Source: Vitrella brassicaformis CCMP3155
Taxonomy: Eukaryota > Protista > Chromerida
Reading direction: 5' to 3'
Assembly: GCA_001179505.1 (NCBI GenBank)
Contig: CDMY01000787.1
Coordinates: forward strand, 1-20,281
DNA: 20,281 bases
The notes below the pieces were generated by a model, which was given only the letters and a program-made list of their open reading frames with translations, did not search any database and was not told the DNA's origin. Shown here one piece after another: positions 1 through 10,102 of this stretch (position 1 is the stretch's first letter; the number at the start of each line of letters is the position of its first letter). A program made the translations under genes and the position numbers.

Positions 1-166
1 ACTTAATCCTTTATCCGGGACTGACCGCCCGGCAGATCCTCTCTTCACCATTCTCCCCGACTCTCTCCCACCTATTCTTACAGATTGAACGCCCTGGCGC
101 GCAGGGGTTGTTGGGGGCGATCTTGGAAAGTCCTCGAACTTTGCGTCTTCCCCAGCCACTGCAGCA

Positions 167-1678
167 ATGGGCGCCCTCCTGTGTGCGGCACGGCCGCTGG
201 ACAAAGCCATCACAGAGGCCTTCAAGTTTCCAGCAGGTCACACTTCCTGCATTGATTTGGGGAGTACATTCATTTGTCATGCTGACAGTGCAGTGCGTGG
301 CTTCTGTGTCATGCGACTGAATGAATGCAGAGAAGATTGAGCGCCACCAAGTCTTCACGCTGTGCCCTACACTCAAGGTGAGCTGCGGTGTGACGGCCTC
401 GGTGCATTGCAATGAGAATGCCCTTTGTGTTTGTCTTCCCTTGCCTGTGTGAAGGGCGACTTGTGGGAGCCGCCCAGGGAGGAACACGCGCCACAGCCCA
501 ACCTGGTGCAAATGGAGCTTGAGCCAACGGTAGGCCGGCTATGTGAGAAGGCCGCACCAGCCCAGTTGGGATGTGTTGCAACTGTGCTGTGTGCAGCCCG
601 AGCTGTACCCGGCATACATCAGCAGCAAACCTCTCCTCCTTGACGACCTTTCTGTAAGCCATACTCCGGAGTCCCATCCACAATAATATATGTCATTGAG
701 CTCCTTTGTGCCATTCAGCAATACAACGAGGTGCTGCTGGTCAACCCCAATCGGCGAAGGGGAGCTTTGCGGCCGAGCAGCAATGTCGTCAAGCGCTTCA
801 TTGCCGTGCGGCTGCAGAAGGGCAAGAGCAGCGAATTCGGCAACCGGGTCTTCGTGCTGTCGACGCTTGTGAGCAAGAGATTCGCCGACAAAACTGCAGG
901 CACGTGACACAGACGGCTGAAATCCACTTTTCGGCTCCCTTATGCGTGTCGGAATGAGCTGCATCTCTCTCTCTCTCTCTCCATCTCTCTCTCTCTGTCC
1001 CTCAGGTGACGACTGCTTTGCCATTCAGACCGTCAAGGTGGGCTACTGAGACACACACGCGATGCGACAGGGGAGGGAAGGAGCCATTTATTTGCTGTGT
1101 GTCGTTGTCGATTCCATCTGGCCCTCCACAGACCTGTCAGACGTATGCTGTGATGGTTGCGGACGATTCCGTCGACTCTTTCAACCGCGTCAAGGAGCTA
1201 TGGTACACAGCGTGGGAAGATTGAGTACAACTCTTAAATCTGTCCTTTTATGGTCTCCTTGGTTGTGTGTCAGGGCGTGCCAGGACGGCTCCATCATGCG
1301 ACGGATGACCATGAAATATCACTCAGGTCCGCGGAGCACCTGCAGCGACAAGACGCACAGCCTCTCCTACTGATAACTTCCCCGCCGTATACATCTGTGT
1401 GTCCGCGCAGAGAAGACCATCCCTTTGATCAAGATGAGATCCGGATCGGTGTCCGACCCACCGGAGAGCAGAACACCATCAAGGACGCACAGCAGAAGGT
1501 CGGGCAGGCCACACACAGACAGGGAGGGAGGGAGGGAGAGAGGGACACACATGCGTCGTGAACTGGTGTCTCTCGCCCATACTCACAGGTTCTCCAAGCT
1601 GATGGTCAACGAGCTGGGTCTCCCAGAAGGCCCATCACCAGCGAAAGCCAAAGAAGTACGTCGGACACACACTCACAC

Positions 1679-1709
<31 letters not shown>

Positions 1710-2006
1710 TGGCTGCAGGCGTGGACGAGTCCCATGATAGGCAACAGCCCCGCACCATTCGGCAGCGCCCCGTCGGACGCGAGAAAGAAGCGGCAGCCAA
1801 GGAAGCGCCACACAGTCATAGTTGAAATGAAGCACAGCGACGCCTCACCGGGCAGCGACTCTGAGACGCCTCGAGGCATCACAAGCGCCCGCAAGAGCGT
1901 GCCTACGGTGTTGGAGACGATCAGGGAGCCCAAAGATGTGGATAATTCCCACTCGGTCAAGATGGCGCGGCGGCGGCTTTCGACTATCGCTGTGGCCATG
2001 GAGTGA
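167..2006 (+). CDS. Uncharacterised multi-exon protein with N-terminal MGALLC (myristoylation/palmitoylation-type) motif, possible PH-like core and disordered basic/Ser-rich tail
   Basis: ATG 167 in gcagcaATGg context. Exons joined in phase: 167-236, 331-377, 455-529, 597-653, 719-899, 1006-1037, 1132 onward, through to TGA 2004-2006. Translation: MGALLCAARPLDKAITEAFKFPAEKIERHQVFTLCPTLKGDLWEPP...QYNEVLLVNPNRRRGALRPSSNVVKRFIAVRLQKGKSSEFGNRVFVLSTLVSKRFADKTAGDDCFAIQTVKTCQTYAVMVADDSVDSFNRVKELWACQDG...RRRLSTIAVAME*. High GC3 in the chosen frame. One intron needs a GC donor (900). Confidence 0.7.
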
Positions 2007-2046
2007 CTCTGCATGAATATGGCTGTGCTGTGCGTGCGTCGGGGGA

Positions 2047-2047
<1 letters not shown>

Positions 2048-2072
<25 letters not shown>
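2048..2072 (+). repeat. Poly-G run (25 G) followed by a (TG)n tract in the 3' region between convergent genes
   Basis: Read directly. The (TG)n tract is at about 2123-2160. Confidence 0.9.
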
Positions 2073-2077
<5 letters not shown>

Positions 2078-2320
2078 GGGCTATTTTTCGTCGACTGATC
2101 GGTGCAGGACCGACAGTGTCACGTGTGTGTGTGTATGTGTGTGTGTGTGTGTGTGTATGTGGCGAACGTTGCTGCATTGTATATTGCTCGGCATTTGTCG
2201 CCTGTAAGTAACTTTTCTGAGCGCTTGGTTGTCATGACTTAGGAGTCCGTCCATTCATGTGAGCATCTATTCTGTCAATTCTCTCTCTGTCTCCCCAACG
2301 CAATGCCTCCGTCCGTCCGA

Positions 2321-3877
2321 CTAGGAGGGGTAGTAAGACTGCCCAGTGCGTCGCTCGTGCTCGCCGGGGGTCGTCTTTGCACGATACTTCCAACTCTGCT
2401 TCTTCCAGTGGTCGTCAGGCCGGCCCCCACCAGCAGCAGCAGCAGCAGCAAAGGTGTCAGTAGTCACTGGGACTGGCGGCGGGAGGCCGCCACCGCCACC
2501 GCCACCGCCACCGCCATCACCACCGCCACCGCTATCGACATGCCTCCCATAGGCATGTCGATACGCGACCGCCCCCGTCGTCGCTCCGGGCGACTGTGAC
2601 TGCGCCACCCCGGCCCCGTATGTCGCTGCTTGCTGATTATACCCAGGCGGCACTGACACACACAGACACACACAGACACACACATAGAGGGACACTGAGA
2701 GACACTGAGATAGTGGTCGACACGTACGCGACTGAGAGGTTTGAGCGTCATAGGTATGTCTTGGCTCCAAGACGCTCACGTTGGGCTGCCCCCCCGCCGC
2801 GGGATGGTGAATTACGACGGTGACATACGACTTGGACGGAGCGCCCTGGGTGCCGTAGTCCCACGCACCCGGACCCGCCCGCGGGCCGGTGTACTGGTGC
2901 GTGTGGGGGTGGGGAAGAGGAGGAGGAGGAGGAGGAGGAGGTGGCGGCTGTGGCTGTGGCTCCACATGCACACCATAGGCCGCCGGCTGGGGTGGGGGTG
3001 GGGGTGGGGGTTGGGGTGCTGGTTCGGGTGCGGGTGCGGGAGGCTGCGGATGGACCACCTGCTGTGGCTGTGGTTGTATCTGTGGCTGCGACTCGTAGGT
3101 GTAATGGTATTGGGTCTGCAGCTGTGGCTGTGGCTGTGGCTGTGGGGCAGGTTGAGAGGGGCAGCCGAACCTGATCTTCCAGGTGCTGACGTTGTTTTCG
3201 TCGTACAGCCACCACTGGTCCTTCTTGGCACAGTGGCCGCTGGCCGACGCCTTGTCCTTCCAAAACAATGCGCCGCCCCGCTTCCTCGACACCGCCGGGT
3301 AGCCTTGGAGGTCGGAGGCGTCCCGACGCTGGATGTCTCGGTTGTTGGCCTTGGTCGCCTCCTGGCACTGCGTAATATAATGGGAACCTTCTGGCATGCA
3401 CTGCCCGGTGCCGCAGCAGCAGAGGGGCCGCTTGTCGGTGCAGTCGTCGCCCTTCCGGCAGTAGCAGTCGCCCTTCTCCTCGGCAAGGCTGTACTTGGCG
3501 GGGCGGTGGCACTGGTGCGGCCACTTGCACTCGCCTTCGCACCCCTGGTTGACATCGAAGGCGTCGCAGCAGCAGGACTTGACGTGGGCGCACTGCTTCT
3601 TGAGACGGCAGAGCCTCGTGTCAGACTCTGAGCCGAAAAGGCGTGACGCCACGGAAATGGTCACTGTCTGGTTGGCCGCCGATCCACTGCAGACGTAGAC
3701 GGCCAGAGTCAGAAGCAGAAATGCTCCCAGTGAGAAGGAGAAGCCGTCAGTGACTCGCCGAGACGCTGGCCGAGACGGCCTTCTGCAATGGTGTGACGCC
3801 CCGGGGCGTGCTGAAGGGGCCGTGGGGATGGGGGGGCTGATTGGATTGGCCGTGGGTGGAAAATGGTCAGCGCTCAT
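2321..3877 (-). CDS. Putative secreted or signal-anchored Cys-rich, Pro/Gln-rich (extensin-like) protein
   Basis: 518-aa ORF with gccATG start, hydrophobic segment FSFSLGAFLLLTLAVYVC, 18 Cys in about 150 aa, then PQ/PPPP repeats and a Gly/Ala-rich tail. It contains an in-frame 75-nt intron (2727-2653, GTACGT...TGTGTCAG) that explains the VCVCVCLCV stretch. Confidence 0.75.
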   Translation of the reverse strand: MSADHFPPTANPISPPIPTAPSARPGASHHCRRPSRPASRRVTDGFSFSLGAFLLLTLAVYVCSGSAANQTVTISVASRLFGSESDTRLCRLKKQCAHVKSCCCDAFDVNQGCEGECKWPHQCHRPAKYSLAEEKGDCYCRKGDDCTDKRPLCCCGTGQCMPEGSHYITQCQEATKANNRDIQRRDASDLQGYPAVSRKRGGALFWKDKASASGHCAKKDQWWLYDENNVSTWKIRFGCPSQPAPQPQPQPQLQTQYHYTYESQPQIQPQPQQVVHPQPPAPAPEPAPQPPPPPPPQPAAYGVHVEPQPQPPPPPPPPPPLPHPHTHQYTGPRAGPGAWDYGTQGAPSKSYVTVVIHHPAAGGQPNVSVLEPRHTYDAQTSQSRTCRPLSQCLSVSLYVCVCVCLCVSVPPGYNQQAATYGAGVAQSQSPGATTGAVAYRHAYGRHVDSGGGGDGGGGGGGGGGLPPPVPVTTDTFAAAAAAGGGRPDDHWKKQSWKYRAKTTPGEHERRTGQSYYPS

Positions 3878-4396
3878 GGCTGGCAGGGTTTCTTATGATC
3901 AGTCGAACGGAAGATGCGGCGAATCGGGATGGGGGATACTGGGGGCCGGAGAGTCTCCCGTTGAACGGACTCGGATGACAGATAACGCACCAGCGGTTGG
4001 ACGGATGGGGAAACTGCCAGGCATGTGTTGTCTCTTGCCGCGGCTAATGCCGGCTGCTACCGACGCATAAAACGCAATGCCATGCAGTCTTCACACGTTC
4101 ACACCCTCACTACCTACCTACACGTGAATTGAATTGTGTAGTATCTTTACCCAGTCAGTCCTCCACCCCAGCCCCCCCCCAGCCGCCAACCCGCCCTTAA
4201 TTACACTTAGCACACATACAGACACCCACAGCTACACAAACAGACACCAACTTGAAGGAAGCTATAGACACCCACCCTCCGGTCCCTCCCTCCCTCCTTC
4301 AGGCGCAGATCCATCCATCCATCCACAGCCACACACACGAAGCCTGCCCCTCTCTCTACTCACTGCTTCCTCTTCCTCCCTCACACGATCGTGTGA

Positions 4397-6275
4397 TCAC
4401 AGCTCCTCGTGGACAAGCCGCTCGTAGTCGATCTCGTCGCCCTCACCCATATCGTCATCGTCGTCGGTCCCGTCGTCTACCACGGGATCGGGCGTCGGCG
4501 CCGGCGGCACCAACGCCGGGTCCTCCATACTCAGCTCCTTGCGCATCCCTGCACACCCACACACACACACACACACCCACACACACAGGTGCCATTCTTC
4601 TCCCTGATGGTGTTGTGGGTGATTGAGTCGGTGAAGGGGATGTGATCTTGCCTGGCAGCGGTGGCGGGTTGTACTCGTCGTAGACGGGCGGCACGTGTCC
4701 GTCGGGGTATGTGCGCACCCAGCCCTCGTCATAGGTGACGCCCTTGATGCCCAGAAGCTCGACGGTGAAGAGGAGCACCTCGTGGCCCTTGATCTTGTCG
4801 CCCTGGCCCCACTCCTCGTACCCAAGGGCTGAGGGGATGTACAGCTGCCACTTGTCGCCCACAACCATCAGCTGCAATGCCTCAGCCCTACACACACACG
4901 CCTTAGGTGTGTGTGGTGTGTGTGTGGTGGAGTGGGGGTGTTATGCCACTTACCATCCCTTGACGACGTGTGTGGTTTGGAACTCTTCGGGCTCCCCCCG
5001 GTCATAGGAGCAGTCGAACACATCGCCGTCAGTCAGTGTGCCGTTGTAATGCACCTGCAGTGGGGTGCACATCACAAACCCAGACAGACAGACAGACAGA
5101 CGCACAGACAGTCACGACAGACACACCTTGTGTTGTGTGTGCGTCGGGATGGGTGAGGGTGTGGGTGAGGTTTGGTGTGGCCTACCGACCTTGACCGTGT
5201 CGTTCTCTGATGGGCGTATGGTGCCGTTGCCCTTGTGGAGCACTTTGTACTGAAGACCACTCTCTGTCACTATGATGCCCTCCTGACCATACATACCATC
5301 ACAACCACACACAGATCAGATAAGATCACATCAGATAATAAGGGAGGGGATCACCCACTCCACTCCACTCCACTCCACTCACCTGTTGCTTATTCTCTTC
5401 CAGCCACTTTGGCCCCTCAACCTCATTCCTCTCGGACGGGGTCAGCCTGCCACCACAACACAACACAACACAACACAACACACCGAGAGGGAGGGATGGA
5501 TGGATCGCCGGCCGCCTCGTGGGTCCTCCTCAGACAAGAAGCAGATCGATGTGTGTGTGAGTGGATGTGCGTGTGGTGACGCGCACCTCACCTCCTCATG
5601 GGTTCGTCATCTTCCGGCCAGAGTGGCTGCTGCTTGCACATCTTGGGACACAACTTCTGACTTATCTGGTTAAAAAACAGACAGAGCAACACACAGAGCT
5701 CTGTATGCTCGTCGGGTCGGTGCACCGCACTGACTCCCCAACCTTGTGGTGCTCGACTTCTTGCCCCAGCAGCGCCTCAAGACCGTCCTGGTAGCCAGAG
5801 TCGTCCAACAGACGCCTGGACAACACACACACACACACACTAAGTGCTACACATCCGTCTCTCTGCCTGTGGTGTGCCGCACCTGCAGGCCTTGACCATG
5901 TCGTAGATGTGCAGGTTGTCGGCCCTCTCAGCGTACTCCTTCCAAGTGCCCCACTCGCACGCCCGCAGCCCGTCCACCCAATCAGACACCACCACATCCC
6001 TCTCGCCCTTCTTGGAACCCTCCGGCAAGTTCTCCTGACACACACACAGACACACAGACACACAGACAGACAGACAGACAGACGCCGTCAGTACAGTGCA
6101 GTGCAGTAGATCTGCTGTTTGTGTGTGTTAGTATACCCACCTTGACTCTGAGGTCTATGTGGTAGGCGATGGTCTGGCAGACCTCACAATCGAGCTCACG
6201 CGTCTGCTTCCCTCGCAGGCCGCTCACTGGAGGCCACAGAGAGGCCGCCACACACACCAGCAGACCCAACCCCAT
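4397..6275 (-). CDS. ER-luminal FKBP-type peptidyl-prolyl isomerase fused to an N-terminal saposin/canopy-like domain; C-terminal HEEL
   Basis: Exons 6275-6141, 6034-5883, 5815-5743, 5665-5592, 5446-5383, 5282-5190, 5054-4954, 4887 onward, and a last exon ending TGA 4399-4397. Signal peptide MGLGLLVCVAASLWPPVSG. Six-Cys pattern CEVC...C...KAC...LCPKMC. Mip/FkpA-type NEVEGPKWLEENKQQEGIIVTESGLQYKVLHKG. FKBP core VHYNG, VFDCS, VVKGWAEALQLM, LYIPSALGY, LLFTVELL. The junction near 4550-4670 is ambiguous. Confidence 0.9.
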
Positions 6276-6533
6276 CGCCACAAGCGCCAGATCTGAGGAA
6301 AAGACCTCTCACGCCTGCACGGGATATGCGAGCTTGGAGCCGATATGGGATGACCAAGATGGATGAGTGATTATGGGCTTGTTGGGACTCCCTGGAGCCC
6401 TTGCAGCCGAAAAATAGCGTGGATCAGCCTTTCCATGCCGTCTTCAGCCCCACTCACTCATGGCGCACTCATCGCCGACCTGTTTGAGGCCTGATCTGGC
6501 GGACAAGGAGCCTCAGCCTCTCAACTACTGATA
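6276..6533. promoter_or_regulatory. Short head-to-head intergenic region, likely a bidirectional promoter/5' UTRs
   Basis: 258 bp between divergent start codons at 6275 (-) and 6534 (+). No specific motif identified. Confidence 0.45.
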
Positions 6534-8212
6534 ATGGCCCGCAGCCGACCATTCGTGTGGCTCTCCATCCATATCCATCTGCTGCTGGCCATCTCTGCCT
6601 TTTTCACCTCAGCATCCGCTCAGCAGCCAGGCTACGGCTCCGTCTTCCCCTCCGACAGCTGCACTGCAGACGACACCAACGGCGCAGCGGCCCAGCAGCC
6701 GGACCACCTGCTCTCGTTCGATACCGTCACGCTCACGTGCATCGACTGCACCAGATACGACCCTGTGGCTGTGGCTGACGCTTCCGGAGAGGCCTGCACG
6801 TGCCCATGGGGCTATAGGGTTGTCAGAGGGTGGGCGAGGGCGCTCTCCTGTTTCCCCTGTCCGGACGGGGAGGCGCCCACACTCGACCAGAGCGAGTGCA
6901 TGGCCTGCGGCAATGGGACTGTCTATGACGCGTCTGTGAAGGAGTGCGTGTGTCCTGCCGGGGCTGTGACCATTGAGAGAGACCTGTCGTACGGGCTGCT
7001 CGAGGGGGGCAAGGCCTGCCAGCCGTGCGACGACCCTCAGAGGACATTTCCTGGGCCAACACAGCCGGCGAGAGTCTACGAGTAAGGAAGACTGGCATGC
7101 ATCCGTCCATCCATCCATCCATCCAGCCATCCACACAGACGTGGGTTTGTGTGTGTGTGTGTGTGTGTGTGGTGCAGGTGTGTGCCGTGCGGTGACGAGC
7201 ACATGGCTTATGAGCCTACCAGTGACCCGCGCCAGCCCTACCGCTGTGTGTGCGACGAGAAGGCTGGCTACCGAGCCGCCGGGGCGGGGTGTGTGGAACA
7301 AACACTCTACCAACAAGTCGATGGCACTTACCCTGTCGCTGCTGCAACCGAGGTGTGGACACACAGAGGGAGAGAGGGAGAGAGGGAGAGAGAGGTGTGC
7401 CTGTGTGGTTGTTTTGCAGGTGATCTACCGTGATTTCATCGACGACGACGATCGTCGTGAGCTGCTGCGGTCGGACACCCTGAAGCACCTCTACATCTGG
7501 TGTGCCGTGGGGTGCATCAAGAAACGCCCAGAGGACTGCCACTGCCTCGCACACCTGTGCGCCCTCCAGCTCTATGAGACACGAGCGACCGTCTGCAGAT
7601 ACCTTGACGTACACACCAACAACAGGACACCGACACACACACACAGAGAGAGAGGGAGAGGGAGGGAGAGGGACAGCTCCTCTTGCCGTGCGTGTGTGCC
7701 ACATTCATTCAGGTGTTGAACCGGAACTCGACGATGCGGGCTGGTGCGGTGGATCCTGGTCAGCTGGAGGGGCTGCCGTGGGTCTACTACCGCCGAAGCA
7801 ACGACCTGGTGCTCAAGGACAAGAGCGTCCAGTGGGAGTACTCATTCAGACACGACGTCAAGAACCAACGTCTCAGGTCAGCCACACCCGACAAATATGG
7901 ACACACTCACCTCACCCGGATGGCCGTCTCACCCACCACACAAACATCATCAGGTTTTGGCTGGCGCGTTATTCGCTAGAGGGCGAGTGGCTGGGCTGGG
8001 TGCCGCTGGGCAGCCACCTGACGCTCTGTGACGGCGGCCCCACCAGCCCGACCCAGCACAGCCCTCGCTGGACCGAATTCGGGGGCAGCTTCGAGCAGAA
8101 GTGTGAAGTGCCCCTGCAGCTCATTCTCGACTGCGGGAGGCACCCGGAGCTCTATGACCTCTTCATCGAAAACCCCAAAGGCCTGCGAGCCACACACACA
8201 GAGAGGGAGAGG

Positions 8213-8244
<32 letters not shown>

Positions 8245-10069
8245 GCCCACAAGACAAGACACCCATCCCCCTCTCTGTTGGTCGTCATGGCGCATGCAAC
8301 AGGTGAGCTGATAGCCGTGCCGGTGCGTGTGGTCAACCTGCTGGACTTCGAGGGCGAGCCTAACAAGAACAAGCGGCCGAGCGACACCGACGACGACATC
8401 CTCGTGAGGCGCTTCTTCGTGTGCGAGGCCGTCACGGGCAGAACCGGCGCAGGCGCTTACCAGTCCGCCGACGTGCCGCAGATCGTCAGATGGGCCTCCA
8501 AAATCAGCGTTGAGGTAGCCATCCATCAAGGAGAAGAAAGGAGCCGCCCAGAATCCGTCTGTCGTCTGTGTCTGTGTGTCAGATTGTGACTCAAGAGGAC
8601 AATTCCCGCAAGATCTATGTGCCGGTGGTGAACCTGGCATACAGCGAGCACCGGCTCGACGCCGCCATCTTCACCAACCAAGACGATTCATCCTCCTCAT
8701 CGTCATCGAATGGCGGGGACACCTCGGCAGCAGCAGCATCGTCCTCCTCCTCCCACCCACGAGTCACCCGCTCCACCAAACGGCTCCCCGCCGAGTTTCG
8801 CGCAGAGTTCGCCACCGACTCTGAAGAATTCTGGACGGTGTTCTCTTCCCTAACCGGTGTGGGTGGCGGCCTGGCGATGGTGCTGTGCCTCTATATCGTC
8901 ATGCAGTACTATAGGAGGAACCCTGCGGACCCCGCCGCGGGGCTGAATCCGGAGCCGGCGCAGGGCTTCTATCGCGCATTCCCGCCGGCTCTCTTGTGCT
9001 CGCTGCGGAACTTTTTCGCCTGTCTGGGGCTGTTTGTGTTTGGGTGGCTGCTGATTGTGTCATCATACTGGCTGTTCTTCTACAAACTGCAGGTGGGTGG
9101 GATGGGGGGGTGGGGGGTGGNNNNNNNNNNNNNNNNNNNNNNNNNNNNNNNNNNNNNNNNNNNNNNNNNNNNNNNNNNNNNNNNNNNNNNNNNNNNNNNN
9201 NNNNNNNNNNNNNNNNNNNNNNNNNNNNNNNNNNNNNNNNNNNNNNNNNNNNNNNNNNNNNNNNNNNNNNNNNNNNNNNNNNNNNNNNNNNNNNNNNNNN
9301 NNNNNNNNNNNNNNNNNNNNNNNNNNNNNNNNNNNNNNNNNNNNNNNNNNNNNNNNNNNNNNNNNNNNNNNNNNNNNNNNNNNNNNNNNNNNNNNNNNNN
9401 NNNNNNNNNNNNNNNNNNNNGGGTGGGGGGTGGGGATGGATGGATGGATGGGGAGTGTTGCTCGTTCTGCGGTGTGGTCAGGAGGAGCCTTATGTGTTGC
9501 TGCCGTCGGGTCTGATGGGTGGCTCTGGCCGGGCGTATCTGCCCTTTGACGTGACGCTCATCCTGGGCTACTGCTTCTGCTTCCTCGCCACCCTATTCGC
9601 CATCCTGCAACAAGTAACTCACGAACCACCCCCACCTCTACCCACATGCATTCTTTGCCTCTCTCTCCCCCTCCCACACACACATGTCAGTCTCAGGCGT
9701 TCGTGGTGGTGCTCGACCGCGAGCCGTTCCACCGCCCGGTGAGCAATGTGCCGCCGTCACCCGCAATGCGGCTCAGCACACCCATACACCCATCTCAGCA
9801 GCAGCAGCTCCCACAGCCGAGCAAGGACGAGGGGACCAGGCAGCAGCAGCAGCAGCAACAGCAACAAGTAGCAGGGGGGACCGGGGGAGTGGCTGGGGGA
9901 GGTGGTGGGGCTGATGTGGGAGGGGCCGGGAGGGGCCCTTCTGCGTGGCGGTCGCTGTTTGTGCTGAATGAGCTGAATGAGCGGCAGACCTTCACCTACA
10001 CCAACCCACAGGTCACATGGATGGCCGTCTTGTTCTTCCTTGAAGGTGCCTTTCACTCACTCACTCACT

Positions 10070-10102
<33 letters not shown>

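Noticed and set aside
2041-2075. G-quadruplex regulatory element at the poly-G run (also the G/C tracts flanking the gaps)
   Set aside because: It can form G4 in principle, but homopolymer length is unreliable in assemblies and nothing indicates function.
2741-3631. Long overlapping ORFs 2741-3631(+), 2748-3593(-) and 2812-3555(-)
   Set aside because: Shadow frames of the GC-rich Pro/Gln-repeat gene; low-complexity translations (WLWL, TATA, HSHS) with no independent signals.
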